Part shown: piece after piece, positions 50,132-60,400 of the stretch
Numbering within the stretch: position 1 is the stretch's first letter
Layout: every line of letters begins with the position of its first letter
From: an archaeon
Lineage (GTDB): Archaea > Micrarchaeota > Micrarchaeia > Norongarragalinales > UBA97
Reading direction: 5' to 3'
Assembly: GCA_020057405.1 (NCBI GenBank)
Contig: JAGVFW010000003.1
Location: forward strand, 128,001-192,000
DNA length: 64,000 nucleotides
Position numbers and translations under genes: made by a program
The notes under the pieces: generated by a model
Told to the model about the DNA's origin: nothing
The model's input: the letters and a program-made list of their open reading frames with translations, nothing else
Databases searched by the model: none

Positions 50132-51331
50132 ATGAGAAAACTTTTCGCGCTGACTGCTTTCCTTGCGATTGCGGCAATAGTGTCAGCCGCGTCAATCACT
50201 ATTGACTCTGCCACTTACGACAAGGACAAGGCGGTCGGGTCAAAGAGCGCAAACCAAGTAATAGGGTTTGTGGAAATTCCCGAAGAACAGATTTCCATCG
50301 CTGGATTTTTGCTCGACAGCAGCGGCAACTCGCTTAAAACCACGGCGGCACAGGCCTTTGACGGCGCCAAGGGAAAGTTCGCAAAAGTAACGGTTAACGT
50401 CGGCGATTCCAGCAAAAAATCGAAACTCAAGCTCCAGGGGGGCGCGGAATACGAGAGCATGGTTGAACTAAAATTCGGCACTGGCGAGGCAACCGGCACC
50501 GGCAACAACTACGCAGTAAAGAAGGTAATTGGCGTGTTTGCCGGAGAAAGCGGCCGAAGCCAAATTTCAGCGGCTCCCGCGGGCACTAAAGTAGTTATTT
50601 GGATGGAATTTGACTCGAATGTCGTCAAGGACGGCGGCAAGGTAAACATGAAATTCAATTTCGGGGGCGACAACCTGGATGCAATCGTGGGCGGGAAAGA
50701 CACGGCCATAATCAGCAGCAACACATTTGACGTTCCCGTGCGCAAGGACAGGGCTTCAGGAATGCTTTACGGAATCGGGACTTGGACGCTGCCGGAACTG
50801 AGCAAATACGACTACCAGAACACATGGATTGCAGCGATAGAAACGAAAATTTCAGAAGGCTCATGGACGCCATTCACCATCTTGCCCAAAGGAAAGTACG
50901 GCAAGAGCATCTACTTGGGCAACGGCGAGGCACTCCTTGCCCAAAACAGCTTACTGGCAATGAATGTCAACGGAAGGACACGCAAATTCAAGCTCCTTCA
51001 GCACGGCAACGTATTTACAAATGGGGCAATCGGCACTGCAATAAAAGTATTCGACGAAAAAGGCAGCCAATACGACTGCGACGCTTCGGTATTCAGCGGC
51101 GAACTTCTCCTAGAGCCCGGGGAAACGAAACCCTGCTGGGACGACAAGGCGCACCTTAAGGTAAAAGACATTGGCGGAGCCTATTGCGACGGGGCGGTAT
51201 TCACCCAAGGCTCGGTTGTCACAGGAAAAATTATCTTAAACCTAGTTACGTTTGGCATGGGCTCTTGGATACCCATCTACCGGTCCTGCGACTACTACGA
51301 AGGCAGGTTCAAGATAATCCCCGTAGGCTGA
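50132..51331 (+). CDS. Secreted hypothetical protein (399 aa)
   Basis: Signal peptide MRKLFALTAFLAIAAIVSA; starts 2 bp after the giant gene's stop. Confidence 0.8.
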   Translation: MRKLFALTAFLAIAAIVSAASITIDSATYDKDKAVGSKSANQVIGFVEIPEEQISIAGFLLDSSGNSLKTTAAQAFDGAKGKFAKVTVNVGDSSKKSKLKLQGGAEYESMVELKFGTGEATGTGNNYAVKKVIGVFAGESGRSQISAAPAGTKVVIWMEFDSNVVKDGGKVNMKFNFGGDNLDAIVGGKDTAIISSNTFDVPVRKDRASGMLYGIGTWTLPELSKYDYQNTWIAAIETKISEGSWTPFTILPKGKYGKSIYLGNGEALLAQNSLLAMNVNGRTRKFKLLQHGNVFTNGAIGTAIKVFDEKGSQYDCDASVFSGELLLEPGETKPCWDDKAHLKVKDIGGAYCDGAVFTQGSVVTGKIILNLVTFGMGSWIPIYRSCDYYEGRFKIIPVG

Positions 51332-51401
51332 GCTCGGCAATTCGAGTACGCCCCACCAAATTCTTTTTAAACTGCCGAGTGGCTAATTAAAGCGGTTGTA
51401 G

Positions 51402-54400
51402 ATGGGGGAAGGCGAGCAATCAGAAGGCTCTGGCGGCATTTACCACCAGCTTGAGGACAAGTATTACGACTTGTGCGACTGGCTGGTAGAGAAGGGAATG
51501 CCCGTCTACCAGTATTGGGTTGAGCCCATTGAGAAAAATGGCGTCCCCAGCTTTCCAATCAGCGTAATTATTCTCTTCGCGCTTCTTTTCGCAATCGGTT
51601 TTGGCCTCGGCGCATTTGGCGGGGTCGGCAACATATTCGCTCCCCAGACGGCGTCACTTGACGTCTCAGTCCTTGCAGATGGCGCTGCCGTCGCGGGAGC
51701 GCAAGTGAGCCTCACTATAGACGGCGGCAAGACGTTTACAGCCACTACCGACAGCGGCGGCACGGTTTCCTTCTCGGGCCTGCCCAAGGGCGCGCGCGGC
51801 GTCATCGAAGTCACTAAAGACGGTTATGGCGTGCTAAAGCGCGCGGTAGTCATCGGCGAGCCGGTCACGGCAAGCCTTCAGGCGTCTGAAGTCACTCCCC
51901 CGCCAAGCCAAAGGACCGTAGTCACTTTCGTTGACGAAAAGACGCAGACGCCCCTCGATGGCGTCAAAGTCGTTTACCGCGACTCGAAGCTCGGCGTGCA
52001 GGAGCTCGCGAGCTCTGCCGACGGCAAGGCGGAACTGCCGGTCTCTGACGACACGGTCACGATTTTCGTCTCCTACGACAACTACAAGCCCACACGCGAA
52101 GTCATTACGGCGGGGAGCACGAACAAAATCGTCTTCCTTACGGCAGTGACATCGCCCCCGCCCGAAGGCTGCACTGGAGTTAACTGCCCGCAGCCAAAGG
52201 CAAGCGTTGCAGTCACTGTCGTTGACCCGGACGGCAATCCCGTTGACGGCCTCGTGCAGCTCTTCGAGTCCGGCAACACGGCTGGGCCCAAGTCGGCCCG
52301 CACTGCAAACGGCGTCGCCCTCTTTGAGGACGCAAAAGCTGCTGGCGTCACCGTCTACGCGGTTTTCACTCCAGACGACACTGCTACTTTCGGCAACGCG
52401 CAAAGCGAGTCCCTCACCCTAGCCGAGGGCTCAAACGATTTGGTCGTCACTGTTGCGACAAGGCCGCTTGAAGGCACGATAAAGATTGACTTGACGGTTC
52501 AGGACGATGCCGGGAGCAAGATTAGCGGGGCACGCGTCATGCTCTTTCTTGCCGGCAGCACCGACCCGGTCTCAATCCAGGAGACTAACGAACTTGGAAT
52601 CGCTTCATTTGAGGCGGCCTCAAATGTCGAGAAAGTCGCAATTGCCTACTCCCCCGGACTTCTTCCAAGCGACAAGCTCTTGATGCAGTCAACGAGCCAG
52701 TACGGCACGCTAGTCCTCAAGAAACCGATTGCCGGAAACAGCGGGAAAGTGAAGGTCGCGGTTACCGACACTGACGGCCACACGCAAGTCGCCGGGGCGG
52801 ATGTGGAGTTGCGCTACTTTGAGGACAACTACCCGCTCGGCATGCCACCAATCCAGACTAACGAAGTGGGCGAGGCACTCTTTGAGCTCGTGCCCCCAGA
52901 CAAGCGCTTCATTGCAGTAGCTTCATACGGCGCGCAGAGGGGTAAGAGCGCCGGCTTTACGGGCTCTGCAGGCAACACGGTCAACGTGCCCGTCAAGCTC
53001 GACAAGGCCCGCGGCGACATCGCGATTCTAGTGCGCGACCCCATCTCGCACAACCCGATTGCTAACGCGAACGCAACTGCCACGGTCCAACGCAATCCTG
53101 CCGGCCAGTGCGCCACTAACGGCCAGGGCACTTGCGTCATCAAGAACGTCGAGGCAAACACTGCAGTCACTCTCTCGGTAAACGCCCCCGGCTATGTCGT
53201 CAAGACCATCGACGGCCTCTCGGTCCCCGCACTTGGAATCCTAAGTGTCATCATTGAGGACGACCTCGTGCCCGCAGCGCTTGCAAACGAGAGCCGCCTG
53301 CACGTGGCACTCTACGACCCAAGCTGCGGCACACCCATTGCCTCAAGCGCGATTGAAAAGGGCAGGACTTACTGCGTGCGCGTTGACTTCAACCTGCCGA
53401 CAGCGCAGGCAAATCCGGTTGGCTTTAACGTTAGGATAAACGGCGATGGCACGGCTGACGCCGACTTCGCCTCAGTCACTTACTTCCAGGACCTCGACGT
53501 TTTGCGCCTGACTCCAGACAAGCTAACAATAAAGCGCTCAAACGACTACGCCACAGCTGCCGGCTATTCGTGCGACGACGCGCACAGAAAGAGCGCGAAC
53601 AAGCCGATTAAGTGGGTCAACTACGAGTTCCAAAACGTGCAGGGCAACAAGGCCATTCTCCTAAAAGTTTTTGTCAAGCCATCGGCGCAAAACGGCGACA
53701 AGCTTTCACTCAACTACTTTAGCTACGCAGCCCGGGACGGCCGCTTCTACCGCGTGCCGCAGGATGCCGTGCTTAGCACTCAACGGTCCACCGCAGCACG
53801 CGACTGGTGCCAGGCGACTTCAAGCACTGCGGAGTACACCATTGCGGACGGCACGGTTGCTTACTCCAAGGACGGCGCCCTCGGAATCAGCTTCTCGCAA
53901 GCAAAGGACGGCCCCCGCGCGTCATCGCTTGCAACGCAGCCCGGCAACGGCTTTTTTGTCCACTTTTCGGGCCGCCTCTTTAGCGCCCCGACCGCGCCCT
54001 TCATCAACGTCTACTTCGCCGACCCCGCGGGCAACAAGCGCGCCTACGCCCTCTTCAATGAATTTTCCTACAGCATCGGCGGCATCAGCCTGGCCGCAAG
54101 CCGCATTGACTTCCAGTCGCCAACGCCCAGTCCCTCTCCCGATCCGACGCCCACGCCAACCCCATCACCAACTGCAACGCCCTCCCCAACGCCTAATGCT
54201 ACGGCAACTCCGTCGCCGACTCCACCGCCCGGGCCAACCAACCTCACAGTCACCGTAACCACCTGCTCAAGCGGCTCGCCACTTGCTGGCGCAACAGTCA
54301 ATGCTGGCAACGACATCCGCAACACTGATTCCCACGGCGTCGCGTTCTTCCCGGCAATGGCCCCCGGCCAAGTGCAGCTCTCGATTAGCGCAACGAATTA

Positions 54401-57400
54401 CGTCACCCGCGGTGCTGGAGTGCAAATCAACCAAGGACAGGCCAACACTTTCTCCACTTGCCTCAACAGGCAAGGCGAGACTGGCGGAGGCGGGGGCGAG
54501 ACCGTCGGCGGCGGGCCCATCAACAACTTAAGCGAGTACCGCATCAACATCGACCCTGCTGCAATCCCAGTCCGTGACGGAGTGTGGGAAGTCGCAGGAT
54601 GGCTTCGCGCAACAGCCGCAGTTCCAATTCCCGCAGGCCGGGTGTTCGCCGAGTTTGGCGACGACGGTAGGCCCGACAACCAAGTTGTCGTGCGCAGCAA
54701 CGCCTCAATCCGCATTTACGGCACTGGTCAACTAGTCATCGAAGCGACGCCGGTGCAAATCTACGCAGGCACTGACACGCGCGTTGTCGTCGTCATCAGG
54801 ACTGCACAAGGCGCACCCGTAACCAACACCATCTTGAGTGTAAACAACATTGACGGCACCGACTCGCCGTTTGGCAGCCAATACAGCAACGGCGACGTCC
54901 AACTCGTCGGCGATAACACGCGCGACCGCGGGCAGGACGGCAGGTACGTCTTTACACTTAGGCCGCTTCGCTCGGGCACATTTACATTTGCAGCGGGCGG
55001 CAACTATGACCCGCGCTTTGCCTCCGGGGTCCTCTTAGAGAATGTCGTGCACCACAACTTCGCGGAAGCGACGCCAGCGTCACTATCGCTTGGCTGCACT
55101 GCGCAAACGCTTAGCGTGCGCAACTCACTCGACTACTCAAGCGCCCCGATACAGGTTTTCGTCCGCGAAAGCTGCGTGACCGTGACGGGTGCGACTTGCG
55201 GCACGGTAAACGGCAACACCAACTGCTCTTTTGTCCTCGAACCCCTGGCGGAAAAGACTCTCACGATAACGCCAAAGTTCTCCGGCGACTGCCCGATCGT
55301 CGTTTCCTCAAATCCGGCGCCGCTTCTGCAGTCCAGCCAAACGGTTGGCACTTCAATCGACTGCGCGCAGCTGGAGAGCTCCTGCGCCATCTCTTTTGAC
55401 AAGGACTTTGTGACAGGCGGAGCGCAGGGAACGGTGCGGGCAACCGCGACTTTCGCCAACCTGCGGCCAAGCGACCCTGCAACCAACATCAGCTGCGATT
55501 ACCCTGATGCCGAGGGCACGCGCGTTGGCATTTCCGGCGGAGTAGCCCGCCGCCAGTGCACTTACGCCGAAGTCGGCGGCTTTACTGAATTCACCGTCCA
55601 CGCGGTAAGCGACGGCGGAGTCGAGTGCAGCCAAACGATTACGGTCCTCCCGCCCTCTTCAGTGCCAACTTGCTCCCTAACGTCAAGGCCAATCAATGGA
55701 ACGACGATTGCGCGGCTTAGCGCGGACTTCTTCAACCTGCCAACTTCAATCCAGAAAGCGTTCTTCTTCTGCACGCCCAACGACGACCCCCACGAGGTTG
55801 ACGTCACCCCAAGCGAGGGCGTCGCAAGCGCTACTTTCGACTGCGACTACGCGACGCAAAACGGCGGGCTCTTCAACGCAAGCGCCGCGGCCGGCACTGC
55901 ATTCTGCTTTAACCCGAATGTGCGGCTAACACCACAGGACTCTTGCGCCTTGGGCGGCGAGCAACTGCGGTTCGGCAACTGCTCTACTTCAGCGTCGTGG
56001 CTGCGCTGCGACGAGTCGCCCTCAAACCCTGCAATTGCGCAAGACGCCGCCTGCTGCAGCGAAGTGCTAGGCAGCGGCAGGGTGCTAAAGAACAGCCCAT
56101 CAGTCCACTGCGGTCCAGTCAACCCGCCCCAAGGCAAGTGCGATGACGGAATTGCAAGCCCCGGCGAATGCGGCAGCAACGGGGCGGCGCCACTGCCCTT
56201 GCGCTGCGGCAATGACTTTACGTTTGCAACCGACGGCGCTTGCTGCGCCGAGGTGCTCGGCTACACTTACGACGCCAGCAGGCACGCGTGCATCAAGCCG
56301 TCAACTGCAGGCAAGTGCGTCGTTACCGATGGTACCACTAATGTCGTCACCGACTACGGCGTGTGCTCAACCGTTTACTCTGGCCAGAAATGCGAGGGCG
56401 ACGCCTCCGCACCTGCACTCAAGGGCGAGAACGCCTGCTGCCCGCAGGGACAAGTCTACAACGACAACGCAAAGAAGTGCGTGCCGTCAAACCAGGGCTC
56501 AAGCTCTTGCAGCAGCTTTGCCGACCCCGGCCGCTCAAACTGCTTGAGGCCAAACGCAGTCGGCGTGCCTGCACCATTCCAGTGCTCTGACAGCACGCTA
56601 CAGCAGGAGGGCGCCTGCTGCACCAACATTGTCTCTAACGGCAAGAAGTTCCGCCAGAGCACTGACGGGAACTATTGCGTTGAAATCCCGGCTAATGAGC
56701 TTACACCCGACTGCACGCTAAATGTCACGTCATACACGCGGGGTAGCGTGAGCGAACAGGGTAGCTTAAACGCGACGCTAGTTGCGCTAAACGGCTTTGG
56801 CGGCGGTAGCGGCAAGTTCGACTACTCGTGCGACCGTGGCGTGGCGCAAACGCGCACTCAAACATTTACTATTTCCAACACCCCAGGCGTGACGAAAGGA
56901 CTGCAGTTTAACTGCGACTACCCGCGCCAGTGGCTCGACTATTCAGTAATGCCGGCCACTGCAGCGATTGTAAGCAACAACGAACGCCAGGCCAGCATTG
57001 CCTGCACCTTGGGCGGCCCTGCCGATGTCATCCGCGACGGAGTGATTATCGTGCGGGGCACGAGCGGTGCCAACCTAACGTTCACTGCAAAAGCTTTTGC
57101 CGGCTCGACAGACTGGACGCAACTGACAGAGCGCCTCTTAGGTCCGCTCTCTAGCGTGACGCTCAAGGTGAAGGCGACGTCGCTGCCAACTGGCGTTACC
57201 TCGAGTCAAGTGCACCTTACTTTCGTCTGCGACTCGAGCGAAGAAGAGTCGCAGCAGCAAATGACGGCCTCGCGGACCGAGCAAAACACTTGGACTGGCT
57301 TCTGCAGCTACGCTTCAGCGCGGGGCACGGCCTTCCCGGCAACCCATTCCGCCCGCGCGTTCTACCAAATCGAGGCGACCAACCAAAGCGGCACTTTCAT

Positions 57401-60400
57401 CATACCACCAGTGCCCGCAGGCATCAACGCGGGCTTCCCGCCAATACTAGAGTACGACGCTCCCGTTGCAGCAGGCTTTGCTGAATTCTCTGGCCTGCCT
57501 TACGACGTGCTTCATGCTGCCACTCCACAAGACCAGTCAATGAAGGTAGGGCTTAGCGCGCTTTTCACCGGCCTGCCGCCCTCAATCAACGCTCAATTCA
57601 CTACCGACTGCGGCAACGGCGGACAGACGGTTCAGGCAAGCGCCCTTGCAAGCACTGATGGGAAGGCGACTGCGAAGTTCAACTGCACTTACTCCTCGGG
57701 AACTCCCCAGGACTTCACGGTAAAGGCGCGCTTTGACTACAAGGGGCTTAGCGGCAACCGCATTCTCGCGGCGAATGCAGAAAACACGGGTTCGGTTGCT
57801 TACGCCCCGTCGGGCTCGAATGCCGCGTGCACGTTTGACACCCTGCCGGCGCAAATCATTGCGGGCGACCCCAACTTGAACAACTTCCAGCCCATAGCCC
57901 GCGTGCTTGGCCTGGTGAAGGCACCCAAGTCAGTGCGCATCGACTGCGGCAATGGCGCTCAGGTTGACGCCCGCCTCGAGAACATCGCAGGCGAGGGCCA
58001 GTCGGTTGCAGTGAAGGCAACCGCGAGGACGGCTTGCCGCTACGACTTTAGCTTCCTGCAGGAGGGAGGCACTCAAGTGCAATTCAAGGACGCTCAGCTG
58101 GCAGTGTTTGTCGACGGCGGCGACTGCGAAGTTGCAGGCGGCAGCGAAGTGCACGTCGTTTCCGACAACAACACTCCGACCCTTGCGCTTGCGGGTTTTG
58201 AAGTGACGCCGGCGACTGGCGACCAACTCAACCAGGACGGCAGCGTAAAGACGCCCGGCACTAATGCGGTTGCAAGCTTCACCCCAACCGCAACGGCCGC
58301 ACACGCAATCGCGGACGCGACTTTCAGCGCGAAGATTGACTGCGGCACTGGGAGCACAACCGCGGGAAGCCCGACGACAGTGCAACTGCCTGACGACGGC
58401 AGCGGAACCGTGTTTGCAGCTGATGGCCAAAGCAAGTGCGAGTACAAGCCAGTTGTCGCGGACGCGCAACGCAAGATTACCGTTTCACTCTACCGCACTG
58501 CAGGTTCCAAGACGAACAAGGTCGGTTCTGTGCAAAACACGTTCACGCAAGTCAAGACGCCTGCGCAGGGCGCGGAGTTCCAAGCCTGCAACAACCCGAT
58601 GATGATGATGCTCATGTTTGGGCAAATGAGCGGCGAGGTAGGAGTTGACCAGGGTGTCGAGAACTCCGAGCGCGCGGCCCTGCTTCGGGCCCAGGCGCAA
58701 AAGCTTGCAGACCAAGGGAAAGCCATCGTGCTCAATGCAGACGGCTTTGCAACGAGCCCTGCTGCAACGAGCCGCACGGCTTACTTGTCTTCAGTAATCG
58801 GTTCTTTCGCCACCGAACCCGTTCCGGTCGTCAACCTAGTGCCATCAGCCAACCCCATAACTTTCGACGTCAACGTCCCTGGCGACGGCGCGTCCTGCCT
58901 TACGCCGTCAATCTACGGCGGCACTCCCAACGGGCAGTCAAGTGTAAAGCTTAAGACCGGGCAGACCGCAGCGGTTGCCTTCAGAATCAACCCCGCCGGC
59001 TGCCAAAACATCGCCCAAATCGGAGTCGAGATACGCGCCCAGGTCTCTGGCTCTCCACGCAGTTCAATCATCATCGTCAGCATAGTCAAGCTTAATGGCC
59101 TTGACGCGTACAAGTCGGTCACCGCACCCGGCAACACGGCGGTTCAATTGAGGACAAAAGCTGCAAACCCGCAGGAGCCGTTCGTCATCAACGCCCAGTA
59201 CCAGCCGCTTGCAAGGGACGCGTTCCCGCAGGGCGTGACTTCAGCGATAGTGCCGTTTGATGCGGCGAAACTCGAGAAGCTCGTGGCGTTTGACGTGGTG
59301 GGCAACTCGCTGTCTTCCGACCCGAACGCTGCCCTTGGCTGCAGCGGCAAGGACTTCTGCACGCCCAAGCAGGCGCAAGCCGCGGCCGACAAGCTGGCAG
59401 GCGAAATCGCCGCCGCAATCGGCCCGGTTTCGTCCAAGCGCACTGACTCGGTTCCCCAAGACACGTACATGCGCGCGCTCGCCGACGAGCTTTACAAGCA
59501 AAACTCTGTTTTCGGCAACCAAGTCCAGCAAAACGGCGGTCTTCAGGGCGGACTCTTCAGCAGCCCGCTCGGGCTCTTGGCAATGGGCGGGTTTGGCGGC
59601 AACACGGGCGGTTCGCAAGCCTGCGCCGCGATGATGCAGTGCACAATAATGATGAAGCAGCTGCTCAAGAACAACGCCGCCCTCGGCCCCGACGCACAGG
59701 CGCTTCCACTCATCTTCTGCTCTGACAAGAAAGTGCAGGAATCGCTCTCAAAGGGCGACTCGAGCCAGTTCACCAACCTGTTCATACTCTCGTCGCTTTC
59801 CAACCGGGTCCAGCAGCAAAAGGGGACGATCAAGACCGGCGGCGGTTACGTGATAATGCGCGGACAGGGCCAGGGCGCACAATCCAACTACCCGCTTTCG
59901 ATTCCAATACGCGTTTCGCAAACCAAGGACAGCGAGTCTTCAATGCAGCAAATCACCTGCGACATCAGAAGCGAACTTGACGTCAAATGCAGCCCCAAGC
60001 CTATTACGAACGGGCGCGTCGGCCAGCCGTTCCTCGACTCAAGCGGCATCGTGCAGTTTGATGAAGGCAAGCGCAACCTCTACACAATGAACAAGTACGG
60101 CGCGACCGACGCAGCGGACTGCCACTACCACTGGAGCTCCAACAACCTAGTTGACGACACTAGCGGCTGCAACATACCCGCCGTGCTAACTGCAGTCAAT
60201 GGCCTGTGCTCGGACAAGCCAAACGGCGTGTGCGCGGCCCTTGTGATGAGCGAAGGCAAGCTCTACCGCGGCCTCGTCTCTGGGCAGGGATTCCCAATAC
60301 CTATCGACTATGTCAATGCCGGCACCGGCTTCAAACGCAACACCGAGATGACCGACGACCTCAAGGCGTTCCTCCTTGATGAAGCAAACGCGGGCACCGC

